The notes beneath the pieces are model-generated. The model was not told the origin of the DNA, did no database searches, and was given only the letters and a program-made list of their open reading frames with translations. A program made the position numbers and the translations under genes. From positions 4,915,638 through 4,979,637 of the forward strand of contig NC_068990.1 in the NCBI RefSeq assembly GCF_001194135.2: a DNA stretch of 64,000 bases. The letters run 5' to 3'. Positions 25,211-37,524 of the stretch are shown one piece after another (position 1 is the first letter of the stretch; each line of letters opens with the position of its first letter). This DNA is from Octopus bimaculoides. Taxonomy: Eukaryota.

Positions 25211-25923
25211 NNNNNNNNNNNNNNNNNNNNNNNNNNNNNNNNNNNNNNNNNNNNNNNNNNNNNNNNNNNNNNNNNNNNNNNNNNNNNNNNNNNNNNNNNN
25301 NNNNNNNNNNNNNNNNNNNNNNNNNNNNNNNNNNNNNNNNNNNNNNNNNNNNNNNNNNNNNNNNNNNNNNNNNNNNNNNNNNNNNNNNNNNNNNNNNNNN
25401 NNNNNNNNNNNNNNNNNNNNNNNNNNNNNNNNNNNNNNNNNNNNNNNNNNNNNNNNNNNNNNNNNNNNNNNNNNNNNNNNNNNNNNNNNNNNNNNNNNNN
25501 NNNNNNNNNNNNNNNNNNNNNNNNNNNNNNNNNNNNNNNNNNNNNNNNNNNNNNNNNNNNNNNNNNNNNNNNNNNNNNNNNNNNNNNNNNNNNNNNNNNN
25601 NNNNNNNNNNNNNNNNNNNNNNNNNNNNNNNNNNNNNNNNNNNNNNNNNNNNNNNNNNNNNNNNNNNNNNNNNNNNNNNNNNNNNNNNNNNNNNNNNNNN
25701 NNNNNNNNNNNNNNNNNNNNNNNNNNNNNNNNNNNNNNNNNNNNNNNNNNNNNNNNNNNNNNNNNNNNNNNNNNNNNNNNNNNNNNNNNNNNNNNNNNNN
25801 NNNNNNNNNNNNNNNNNNNNNNNNNNNNNNNNNNNNNNNNNNNNNNNNNNNNNNNNNNNNNNNNNNNNNNNNNNNNNNNNNNNNNNNNNNNNNNNNNNNN
25901 NNNNNNNNNNNNNNNNNNNNNNN
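25211..25923. other. Assembly gap
   Basis: N run. Confidence 0.99.
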
Positions 25924-26239
25924 GAATTCTGACTCGCTGCTTGACAATAAAATTCGTATCCATTTTTTTGTCAGGATTACAAATTTTGAAAACACAACAG
26001 GAACAAATTTGGAAAAAAATCTCCCAAAATTCACAAAATTAAAAAAACACGTTGATCGTCGTACAAAACTATTGCTGAACCGTTTACACAAATAATCACG
26101 TGTTTTCACGAATGTTCTAACGAGATTTGCTCGGATATTCTCATTTCAATATGAATAGGTGATTACGGGCGGTTTTGGGCGGCATGGTCACATGAACCAA
26201 AATTTTTTTCGGGCGGCTTTGGGCGGTTTGGTAATCCTG
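25924..26239. mobile_element. End of a CpG-rich DNA transposon (hAT-like) with GGGCGG subterminal repeats
   Basis: Four gggcgg boxes at 26166-26226, ending ...ggtaatcctg (revcomp CAGGATTACC). The other end is presumably in the gap. Confidence 0.5.
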
Positions 26240-28458
26240 ACTGATATTACTATAGAGTTCAGAGTGAGTATGTTTGGCTATCCCCTGAAATCATACACTC
26301 AGTGCTACATCAAAGACAAAATATCCTTCTTGGAAAGTTCTGGGATCTTCTGCAATGAATGAACATAGAATGGAATGTAACAAGAAAGTTAACCCAAAGA
26401 AATAAGAGCATTAGCTTAATCTCGCTACTCCTGCAGAAAAAAAAAGTGGGGGGAACAAATTCAAGTAAATTGTCCATAAAGAATTTTGGTAGACTTTTTA
26501 ACAGAAATTAATTTACTGTCATTGCTAATTTGTTGATCTCTTTTGCTTTCTTTGTACAATATTTTTCTCTTGCTTTGCTCAAATATTCACTAGTGTATCA
26601 TTCAAATTTGGAAGACAGTTGTCTCCAATTCCCACTTACTCTTATATTCCTATATTTATATATTTTTTATTACAACTGACTGATCAATGGTCATGTGAAA
26701 TTCTGAATAACTATTTGTGAAGATTTTTTTGACATTAATAAAAGCATATTATTCTATCTTTGATATTCAAACACTAATTATTTCCACTTTGTTTTTCATT
26801 TATGCCTTTACTCATGCATGGTTATATAAGTCAATGGGGGTCAACTGAATCCCAAATATATACAGACTAGAATATGGAGGCAACACACACGAGAAAAGTA
26901 AAATTATTCACTGTAAAAATACTCAAAGGAAACCAAAAGCAATGGGAAAAATCTTTATGTCAAAATATAATTTCAAATATTTGAAAACAACTAATGAAAG
27001 TTATGCTTCTTCATAATTTTTTTGTGTCATAATTTCTTTGTGTGGAATGTTATAAGAACCTCAAAATTAGCTTTGAGAATTTAATTAAGTGCTGCATGTG
27101 AATTAAAATACCCTAAGGGGGTTTTATAGCATTTAATTCTATTTAAAATTATTACAATAATTAAAATTAAACTATTCATTGCAGTGTTCTTTATAAGAAG
27201 TGTTCTTTAAGAGAGAGTAGGGAACAAAATTACAAAGAAACAATCTTAATATTACAAGCTATATTGATGAAGGAAATTGCATATGAAAGATGTTAGTAAA
27301 TTGTTTTCGTACATCCGTCCATACTGGTTACATTGTTTCTTTGAAGTAGAAAAAGTAGTATAAAAAGAAGAATAAAAAGAGCCATAAAAGCATAATATCT
27401 TCTTTTGAAGAATAACATATCTGAAAGTGCTTTTTGTTTGACATATTAAATAGTTGCACTTTGTAATAGCAATATTATACCCAAAAGAAATTTATATAGT
27501 TCAAGATGGGAAACCAAATGCAATATTTTCTCGTAAATATGCAGCCTCTATTTTTATGTTAGATATCTATTTATTCTCTACATGTTTATTTCATTACTAT
27601 TCTCTTTAGAAACGCATACATTTCATCATTTTCTAGGGAATGGCATTAGGAGGTAAATAATAAATAAATTATGGCCAACCAAAAAATATAAAAATATATA
27701 TTCTGGAAATGTAAACACCTTTTAATAAACTAAGAATAAAAATAGACATTATTTTTTAATGGGATGCTATCCATGTAGGAAGTCATTGTATTCGGAATAA
27801 TGTTAACTTAACGGAAGCTGACAGCCTGGAATAATGAAAAATTAGTTTTTCATTTATTTGTTTCATTATTAGATTGAAAAACTTTTGTAAAGGATTCACG
27901 TACTTCCCCATGCTTGCTATTAATTTTCTATATAAACAATTACAATTTTCTTTCAAACTTTAAAATGCAGTCCAGATACTTTCATTACAAAGATATATCA
28001 ATCTTAAATTATTAAATCTGATCTTCCCTACTTCACAGTTTAAATTAGTATTTCAAAACATATTTTGCAAATCTCCTTATTTTAACAAATGACATGACCA
28101 TGGCATCTAACATCAGTAATAATATTGTTTTTATGTTTTGTTTTTTTTAAATGTTGATGGCACTTTATATATAATTTGAGGAGTAGGCTGTTGCACACAA
28201 GATATCACATGCAGTCAACAATAAGATAATAACTAGACTTTGGTTCCATTGACATGGAAAACTGATACAATTGGTAAACACTGGTCATAAGCTGAGTACT
28301 AAAGTAGTTTCTCCTGACACAAATCACTATAAATTGAACTATTCATTTTATAAAGGCTATAGTTGTTTACAATAGTAAGTTACTGTTCCAACTCTGCAGT
28401 AGTGTAGTGGACTAAGTGAAGTATTATGACTATATATATCTGTCTGTCTACCTGCCTC

Positions 28459-28531
<73 letters not shown>

Positions 28532-28618
28532 TGTCAATGTATCATATATCCCAAAAAGAAGCACACTCCAAAGTACAGAGCAGTAAAGTATTAAAGTAAT
28601 AAAGTTAATGTCTGGTCA

Positions 28619-28658
28619 TAGAGTGAGCAATGGTTTGTGGACGACTCATCAGCCTCTA
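28619..28658 (-). ncRNA. Decayed type I hammerhead ribozyme (left PLE repeat)
   Basis: Minus strand TAGAGG-CTGATGA-GTCGTCCAC-[deletion]-AAACCATTGCTC-ACTCTA: intact CUGAUGA and stem I (TAGAG/CTCTA), with the stem II 3' strand deleted. Confidence 0.6.
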
Positions 28659-29323
28659 GTCTGAAGTCAAAATTAACTCTTCACCTCTGGGACGTAGAAA
28701 GCCGTTATGGTGATTGGTCAATTTGTCATCAGAGAATAAAAAGTTTGGTGTTAGTGAGAACGGGTTATCTCCCATAGACCAGCTATTTCTGAACCTGGAG
28801 AGGGAAAATAAGGGATCCATCTCTTGGGCTGTTATTGGATTGTAAGGAATTTTCCAGGTTTAGTCAGTGAACAGGGAATCCCATGCTTGCAGTAGGTAGT
28901 GATTGAAATGGAGGCATGGTGTGAAGATTTCTTGGTGAGCATTCAGTGACCAAGGTCTCAGGGACTCTTTGAGTACCCTAGCTCACTCAGCTATGAAAAG
29001 CTTGCAGCATACGCTTGTGCAACTACAGGTCCTCTATTAGGGTTCCAGAAAGATGATTTGTCTCATCACTGGCCAGCAATGTGTGGCACCTCAAAGATGA
29101 AGGGGCCCCATATGATATCAAGTGGAAGATTTTAAAACAGCCTGGACTCTACATCAGCGAGAGCATACAACTAGGCCCAGAAGAGTCCTTATGACCCAAT
29201 AACAGCCCAAGGGATAGATCCCTCACTCCTCTCTCCAGGAGCTGGAGCTTTTCTTCTTTGATGACCAATGACCATAACCATTTTCTACCTCCCAGAGGTG
29301 AAGTGTTAGTTTTGTCTTCAAAC

Positions 29324-29379
29324 TAGAAACTAATGAGTTGTCCACCATGCCTTCATGGATACGAAACCAATGGTCACTA
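29324..29379 (+). ncRNA. Decayed type I hammerhead ribozyme (right PLE repeat)
   Basis: CTAATGA (29330-29336; G5A change), stem II GTTGTCCA/TGGATAC, GAAA (29363-29366), stem III ACC/GGT, GTC triplet (29373-29375). Confidence 0.65.
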
Positions 29380-29417
29380 TGACCAGACATTAATTTTATT
29401 ACTTTAATAATATATGC

Positions 29418-29630
29418 TTGTCGCCAGTACCGCCTGACTGGCCCTCATGCCGGTGGCACATAAAAGCACCCACTACACTCTCGGAGTGGTTGGCGTTAGG
29501 AAGGGCATCCAGCTGTAGAAACTCTGCCAGATCAGATTGGAGCCTGGTACAGCCATCTGGCTTGCCAGTCCTCAGTCAAACCGTCAAACCGTCAAACCCA
29601 TGCCAGCATGGCTAGTGGACGTTAAACAAA
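29418..29630 (+). mobile_element. RTE 3' UTR fragment
   Basis: gccagtaccgcctgactggc hairpin, catgccggtggcacataaaagcacc module, then the standard RTE tail to ggacgttaaac. Confidence 0.88.
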
Positions 29631-29643
29631 ACAAACGATATAT

Positions 29644-29679
<36 letters not shown>

Positions 29680-30475
29680 GAGTATATATACATACATATA
29701 TATATTATATATGTATCTATAATACAGTACTTGACAAAGACATAGGTGAGGGACCCAGTTGTGCACATAGAGTGCAAGCATGTGCTATCACAACCTCAGT
29801 TGTGTGCACAGACATTATACTGTTTTGAACTTCAGTCATCCCATGCTAGCATAGCCAGGTAGTGTCTTCTCAAACACTGTTTTCTGAAATGATTAAAACA
29901 ATATTAGACTGAGCTAATGTTGTTTTGATCCTCATTTCACAAGTATTTAGAATGAACCTTTTTAATACTCACTGAATTAATTATATTAACACTAACTTAA
30001 CATTGATGTCTACAGTCTGATCAATGTCTAGTAATATTCTAATAACATATGTGAAGCATTCAAATATCCAAATAAAATATAATCCTTATATCTGTTTTTT
30101 TTCTTTTTTATATATACCCTTTTATACTTTCCTTTAATATAAGTTATGACATTAATACTGTATCAAATTTTAACTTTAAAACAATTCCTTTAAATAAATT
30201 CATAATTTCTAATTCACATCTCATGCTACTTGATATAATATATGGTGCTTCTGTCAGTCGAGGTTGACTGGATAAGATCTTTTTGTGGAAGACAAGCAGA
30301 AGCCCATACATACAGTTTTCCCTCTTTCATCTATACCAATGCTTATTGGAATAAAGACCATCAACTTGGGACAAATATATTTTGGCAACAGTGTCATCAT
30401 AGGTGTTGCTGTCAGAGCATCAAGAGCCAGAAAAAACACTGCAAGGCATCTTGCTTGACCCTTTAATAGTTCTGA

Positions 30476-30620
30476 TATCCACTACAATGGACTGGTGTCA
30501 ACTACGAAAAAATTAAAGGCAAAGCTGACTTTGGTGTGATCTGAACTCAGAATGCAGAGAGTTGTAACAAATTCTATGAGCCATTCTATCCAGCTATAAG
30601 TTTCGCTAGTTAACTGCCTT
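30476..30620 (-). mobile_element. Degenerate tRNA-derived SINE
   Basis: aaaggcaaagctgactttggtgtgatctgaactcagaatg is the reverse complement of the 24104-family head and core. Confidence 0.55.
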
Positions 30621-32289
30621 TGATATACAACAAGTGCATTATATATTCAAAGATACATTTACCATTATTTTCTATGAATAACCATGGCAGACCTATAACA
30701 TTGCAGTGAATGTACTCTGTGCTGAGCCTAAGAAATATTTTGTTGTTTAGCAGCAATATTTATTCTATTAGTTGTTATTATGCATGATAAACATACTTCT
30801 GTTAGTGAGAATAGTCAGAAATGACAACTGTAGTAAGAATCCCTTTCTTTCATTATGATCCCATTGCATGTATCAAAATAGTTGCAATTGCATTGCAATC
30901 TGTCTATCACTGAAACTGTTCTTACATAAATGTACATAAAAATTGAAGTGCATATGAAACATATGTACTTAATATTGCTCTCAATAATCAATAACCCTTG
31001 TCATATTTTATTTCAAATATTACTGGAACGGATTTGCTGTCTATACATAAATGAATGTGTCCGGCCAAGTTATTTAAATGATGACATGATGTTATTCTGC
31101 ATCTCTTTGATGTGTTTTCATAAGTTTTCTATTTATTTGGTATTCCAGAAACGCACAATAGATCCTACTCTGCAGATTTATTCTTTTTTAACTGAACCAA
31201 AATGCAACATATAACAATATATCACATTTGTTTTCTTTCCGTTTTAGTTTCATCAATGTAGAAAGGGACATATTTTTGCTACCTAATTACAAGTAAATGG
31301 ATATTGAATAGCTTCAAATTATTTTATACAATGTTTCTAGCATGTCAGAGGCACTAGGCATAGTTTTGTTAATAAGGCTCTCTAAACGCTTTAAGAAAAG
31401 GAGCAGATATTTTGCTATATGCTGACATTTTATTCACAATCAACCAAATATTTTTTATGAGGCAAAATTAAAGACAAACTATTCTATCATAATGAGTAAG
31501 AATGAAATATGCTTATAAATCACACGGATGATATTTCTTGGGAAAGAAGTAAGGATGATGGATTGAAAGACTGAAGTAATTAATATGAAATTTTGTTAGT
31601 GAAAATAAAATGGAAAGAAGTTTCTAATATAATGCAATTCACAAAATTAAAAAAATCTGTATAAAATGGTTTACAGATATAGATTAGAGATGTAATATTA
31701 GCAAAAAACAGAGAGTTATCTGTATCTGGTTTTAGTAGAAACATGCAATAAACAGCAAGTTTGTATTAGCATAATCCTTATGAATTCATTAAAAGAAGGC
31801 AGGACAGAGAGGTCATAGCTGATAGGTCAAGTGACCACATACAAGCTTGTATGAATAGCAGACTTATTGAACTTGGTAGCTGATTGCAAGAATTATCATA
31901 TTAAAAATAGTCGTCTTTTTTGTGATTTATTGGTGGCTTTCAAAGAGGTGTTAGCCTTTCTTGCAAAGATACTGAAGATCAAGCATTCTAAAAGACAAAT
32001 GTATAGAAGAATTCTTACTTGAGTAGAAATCATTTTGGCAACAAATTAGAATGCATGGTTGATAAAACAACAAAGGAGCCTTTTGTGTTGTGGAAAACAA
32101 AAATAGCTCTTATCTTCCTATGAGACTCATTGAAACCATGACAGAATTGCATCCATGATTTTTGTTACTAGAGTTCTGGATGAGTTCTTTGACTGGTATG
32201 AGCCTAAAGATTGTGACCATGTTGGGGGCACATCCTTCAAGTATCTCATTTTATAGAACTACAATACAATATTGTCCATTAATTTACAT

Positions 32290-32960
32290 ACCTCAGCTCT
32301 ACCATCATAGATAATCTCTCTTTGGATACAGAGGTTGACAAGGTGTGGAAGGAACCTCCAGCTCTTGCCCATCTCATATCTCAACAGTTGTGACAAAGAT
32401 AGCAGCTTATTGTGTCTATGTTATAAACACACTGTTGAATGGCAATGAAACATTGATTATGTGTGCCAGATAGAGGAGATTGAACACCTTCCAGCTGAGA
32501 AGTATTTATTCAATCATGAACATCTAATATGACAGATTGCTCAATACAGTAGTCTTATTTTATGATGGACTTCTCAGTATGTTCACTCTGTTTAGGCAGT
32601 CAAGACTACACTGCTTGGGTTATACCCTCCATCTCAAAGAGTATCACCAACAGCTAACTGGCATCTAAGAAGAAACACATTAGGCATTCACAAGTCTACT
32701 AGAAGAGTATCTGCATGAGAGACATAGAAAGTGCTCAATAGCTCAATACCACTACAGAACCCTGCAGATGCTGAAGTGTGATGGAGAGGTATCCTAAACT
32801 GGTACCTTAAGGCTAGACAAGAGAAGCTGATGGAAATTCCAGCAAAGTTGGCATGCAAAGTAGAATGTATCTCAGCCAGCAGACCAGTGGTCACATATAT
32901 AACCTCTGCAAAACTATCATTTCCACATTCATTTTCTCAATGACATGTAGTGCTAATCCA
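32290..32960 (+). mobile_element. Highly degenerate BovB-type RTE LINE 3' ORF
   Basis: Pieces read IIDNLSLDTEVDK, VINTLLNGNET...RRLNTF, MFTLFRQSRLHCLG and RQEKLM, matching BovB-like RT thumb and C-terminus. Confidence 0.7.
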
Positions 32961-33792
32961 ACCAAACAAAAACATAGAACAAGAATTCAACTTATGGTCA
33001 GTTATGACAGAAGGGTGCATACACATGTTCATTTGTTTTTACCTTGCTACCATACAGCAGACAGGGATGTAGCTAAGGCATGATTTTACAGTCAGCTGCT
33101 TTTCCTGTTGCTATCCTTTGCATGTTTTTCAAGTAAGAGATTTTTTATTCTACAGCTTTTTTGAAAGCACACACACAAACATGCGTGCACATGTGTGTAT
33201 GTGCATGTGTGTGACTGTATTCCGTATAGTTACCTTCTTCCAATTCAACTCACAAGGACATGGAAGAAGGTACCTGTCCAAAGTTCCATGAAGTAGGATT
33301 GAACACAAAATCGCATGATTTGGGGGTTGTAATTTAATCAATAATAGCTTTGTGTTTGGGTGTGATTTTTTTCTTTTGTTAGAGGATCTATATTGCAAAA
33401 TATGGTGGTTTGTTTTTAATGAGCTTCTTATTTTACCACTAGTGTATAAAATATCTGTGATGATATTTTGTCTTTATTATTGTCACGAAATTCATAACTA
33501 CACAGTCTATTGGAAATGTAACTGAATGAAAGAATGTCTCCATTATTTTCTTGGTTTCAGTATCATTCAGTATAAAACACATCTTTTGCCAGAGGTAGTC
33601 TTTGTACAATCTTTGGCAGATGTCTGAACCAAATTTAGGCTGTAGATGAGGTTTTGCATATTTAGTTATAGATTGCATGATGCTAACAAGGCAGTTCTCA
33701 GATCAACAGCTGAAAGTTAAGTAGAGATTAAAAAACAAAATTCCAGAGTTGAGATATGGAAAAGCAGCAGTGCCAAAATAGACAGAAAACAA

Positions 33793-34223
33793 ACTAATAG
33801 TTTCATGTTGTAGAGACACAATAATTTGGCAGATTTATATAACATGCCACATGTATCCATGCAATGCTTCAAGCTCAGTGCATGCCATTAGTCTTGTTTC
33901 ATAAAGCCAGGGCACTGGTCTATGAGAAAAACAAGAAGAAAAATGAGTAAAAAGCTGATGCAAAAAGTGGAATGAGGAGAATGAAAAAAAAGGTAAGAAC
34001 AGCATCCCCTTTGTCTGAAAAAAATCATTATTAATCTAGCTGGTGTTATAGTCAAACCTTTCTGCTGCAACTTTCATGAACTTCTCTTCCCATTTTATTT
34101 CATAGCATCCTGGTTTCCAAATAGGACAACTGGTATGCACTGAGCTTGAAGCACTGCTTGGAGACACATGGCATGTTATGTAAATCTGTCAAATTATTCT
34201 CTCTGTGGTATGAAACTATTAGT
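33793..34223. repeat. Fold-back (long inverted repeat) element
   Basis: 33793-33893 aligns with the reverse complement of 34125-34223, e.g. tgcttcaagctcagtgca / tgcactgagcttgaagca and actaatagtttcat / atgaaactattagt. Confidence 0.85.
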
Positions 34224-34323
34224 GGTTCTTTTCAAAATTCTGTGCATATTAAATGATATTTATCTCTGGCTGGATGAAGCACTGGAGTACTTTTTGCTGA
34301 CCTATCTGTAACAGACCAGTAAA

Positions 34324-34378
<55 letters not shown>

Positions 34379-34402
34379 CACACATATATGTATTCATACA
34401 TA

Positions 34403-34558
34403 CAGTGCTGCTTTAAGGCATGGGCACCCTGAGCAGTTTCCCAGAAGCTCTCATGAGTTTAGGGGTGCAGTTCTGTAGCATGTTATCAATAAATATATAC
34501 TATAAGGTGCAGTGCATTGATTTGCCCAGGTGCCTATAATGCTGTTAAGACAGCTGTG
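34403..34558. mobile_element. Small hAT-like MITE between (CA)n and (TG)n tracts
   Basis: Imperfect ends cagtgctgctttaaggcat and revcomp cacagctgtcttaacagcat; subterminal gggcaccctgagca / ttgcccaggtgcct. No TSD confirmed. Confidence 0.4.
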
Positions 34559-34601
<43 letters not shown>

Positions 34602-34886
34602 AAGTAGAAGTCATTACAAACTGCAAAAGTTTCAGGAAATCAAGTGTGAAAGAAACAAGAGGAGCAGAAGTGAGAGGGTGAAAGTTTTGTTTTTTCTTTC
34701 AAGATGTTATTGATGCAAGTTACAGGTTTGCAATAATCTTGGTTAGAATGAATATTTAAAGAAACAATTGATGAACCTGAATGTTTCTGAGGAGTTAGGA
34801 TTAGATCAATATATTGAGGTTGCCATGAATACAGAGTTTCTAGAAGATCATAGATTCTCTTTCAGGATTAGAGAATATAGTAACAA

Positions 34887-34922
<36 letters not shown>
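34887..34922. repeat. (AAT)n microsatellite
   Basis: About 12 direct aat units. Confidence 0.97.
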
Positions 34923-34924
<2 letters not shown>

Positions 34925-34937
34925 CAGCATAATAGTA

Positions 34938-35295
34938 TCAATACCAACAGATGACAGCATTTCTCTAAAACAAACAGAGAAACTTTCAAAATACAAAGAT
35001 CTGGAAATAGAGGTAACGCGAATGTGGAGCTTAAAAGCAGAAACAGTTCCTATCATAGTAGGCATATTAGGCATAATAAAAAAGCATTCAGACAAATACA
35101 TAACCAAAACACCAGGGCTCTTACAAGTGTATATAACATACAGAAAATAGCACTAATAAGTACCACACACATCCTATGAAAAGCACTTTCAATACAGTGA
35201 GAATAAGAACACAACAACAAACCACAGTACATACCAAAGGCACACAGAGCTGTGCCTTTGGTAGTGCAGTGAAAATACGTAATAAAAATAAGAAT
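34938..35295 (+). mobile_element. R4/Dong-like non-LTR element, 3' end (RLE endonuclease)
   Basis: IPTDDSISLKQTEKLSKYKDLEIEVTRMWSLKAETVPIIVGILG...IQKIALISTTHIL, the C-terminal restriction-like endonuclease block; flanked by AAT repeats. Confidence 0.85.
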
Positions 35296-35344
35296 ACTTA
35301 AGAATAATAATAATAATAGCAATAATAATAATAATAATAGATTG

Positions 35345-36780
35345 TTGAGTGAATGAGAGAAAGGGAAGTAGAAGTGACAAATGAATTGCTAGGTAACATG
35401 AAAATATGCAGGGGCATTTTCCAAGGAGACTTACTTTGCCCATTAATTTTCGTTGTTGCACTAATCCCTATGACAAATATACTGAGGAAGTCCTGGCCTG
35501 CCTATGAGTTTACCAAAACCAAGATAAGAATAAACCACTTACTTTACGAGGATGACCTCAAGATATATGTACAAAAAATGGGACAGACCTGGATTATCAA
35601 ATCCAAAGAGTGTGAATATTCAGTAAAGACATTGGATCGCAGTTTGGGGTAAAATGCACAATAAAGGCACAATACTACAATGAAGAGAGGCCAGAAAGTA
35701 AAGGCTGATGACATACAATTATCACAAGACAGCATCATTCGATTATTATGCAGTAATCAGGGATACAAATACCTTGGGGTACAATAAGATAATGGAAAGA
35801 GAAATGAGAGAGAAAGTTACTAAGGAAGTCAAAAGGGGAATTAGGAAGGTACTTCAGACAAAAATAAGTGGATGAAAAATCATTAAATCCATAAATATAT
35901 GGGAAATTCCAGCATTGAGATACTTTGCTCCATTTCTGAAATGGAGAAAAATCAAGCTGCAGAACTTAGATAGGAGAACCAGAAAGCTGCTAATGATGCA
36001 TAACACATTCCATCCTAAAAGTAATACCGACTGACTCTATCTGCCAAGATGGGAAGGTGATACAGGATTACTAGACACTGAAGAGACTGCTAGAACTGCA
36101 ATACTGGGTCTGAAAAATTATGCTGTGTAGAGAAAAGAAAGAATACTTTCAGCAGCCAGAGATACCCAAAATGTGACTGAAACAGTAGAATTTAAACAGA
36201 AAAGAAAGAAGAACAGAATGAACAAATGAAAAGAAATGGAACTGCAAGGCCAATTCATGCAACAAACCAAAAATGTTGGAAGTGAAGCCTACTGGCTTTG
36301 GTTGACAGACAGGAATTTGAAATGAAAAACAAACATTAATTATAGCTGTTCATGAACAAGCCCTTAGAACAAATCTGTTAAAGGCAAAGATTGACAAAAC
36401 TCAGTCAGACATTAAATAAAAAAATCTGCAAGAAAGGAGTGAGTGGAACATACTAGCACAAAAGGTGTACTGATGCAGACATAACTAAGCAAACAAAGGA
36501 GTGCATTGAGATGTTACTCGAGTATGTGGCTTCAAAACAACAGAAACTGATGTGAACATGAACCTGAGGCTGTGATAGAAAATGAGAATTACAAGATCTT
36601 ATGGGACTTCACCATAGAAACTGACTATAGGTGCAGGAGTGGCTGTGTGGTAAGTAGTTTGCTTACCAACCGCATGGTTCCGAGTTCAGTGCTACTGCAT
36701 AGCACCTTGGGCAAGTGTTTTTTACTATAGCCTCAGGCCGACCAAAGCCTTGTGAGTGAATTTGGTAGAAAGAAGCATGT

Positions 36781-36834
<54 letters not shown>

Positions 36835-37410
36835 TGTGTTTGTGTGTCTGCATTTGTTCCCCTCCACCATCGCTTGACAACCAATGTCGGTGTGTTTACA
36901 TCCACAAAACTTAGCAGTTCAGCAAAACACACCAATAGAATGAGTACTAGTCTTACAAAGAATAAGTCCTGGGGTCAATTTGTTTGACTAAAGGCGATGC
37001 TCCAGCATGGCCGTAGTCAAATGACTGAAATAAATAAAAGAAAAGAATACTATTGAGGCAGGATTAAAGAGGATGAAATAAACAAATGTGCAAGACTATA
37101 AATTTTCCAATACCCTATTATAGCAGGGTCAATACCAAAGAAATACCAAATTCTAGCCAGAGAGCTGAAAAGATCGGAAGACCAAGACAACAATTAACAA
37201 CAATTATTCTTGTCGTAAAAAGTGTCCTTGGCTCAGTACCCAAAATGCTACCTAAAAGACTGAATAAAATTGAAATTGAAACATATTGACAACCTGCACA
37301 AAAGTACCATCCTATATTCTGTAAGAATCCTAAGAAAAATTCTTGAGATTTGAGAAGAGTTGTTGACACCAGGCCTCAAGATAAAATACCTGCTAAGTAA
37401 ATTAGCAGGC
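35345..37410 (+). mobile_element. R4/Dong-like non-LTR element (degenerate RT to RLE), interrupted by a SINE
   Basis: CRGIFQGDLLCPLIFVVAL, INHLLYEDDLKIY, YKYLG, LYLPRWEG, EQALRTN and ENENYKILWDF motifs, with stops and frameshifts. Confidence 0.88.
36630..37048 (+). mobile_element. Full-length tRNA-derived SINE with central (TA)n
   Basis: gtggctgtgtggtaag A-box-like, ggttccgagttcagt B-box-like, ccttgggcaagtgt core, (TA)n, and a 3' half ending ...gtcaaatgactgaaataaataaaag. Splits the R4-like ORF. Confidence 0.88.
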
Positions 37411-37413
37411 ACT

Positions 37414-37448
37414 AGAGTAGTAGTAGTAGTTGTAGTAGTAGCAACAGC

Positions 37449-37480
<32 letters not shown>

Positions 37481-37519
37481 CAGCAGCAGCAGTAGTAGTA
37501 GTAGTAATAATAATAATCA
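37414..37519. repeat. (GTA)n/(GCA)n/(ATA)n compound microsatellite
   Basis: Direct inspection. Confidence 0.95.
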
Positions 37520-37524
37520 ATTAC

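Larger units (their letters stand above)
28589..29409 (+). mobile_element. Penelope-like element with inverted terminal repeats
   Basis: 28589-~28858 is the diverged reverse complement of ~29175-29409. The centre reads NYRSSIRVPER*FVSSLASNVWHLKDEGAPYDIKWKILKQ, matching the C-terminal part of PLE GIY-YIG endonucleases. Confidence 0.85.

Noticed and set aside
8905-26109. Long ORFs (146-317 aa) in the track at 8905-9624, 9973-10892 and 25156-26109
   Set aside because: They are long only because they run through N gaps translated as X. Only the RTE frame entering the 10183 gap is meaningful.
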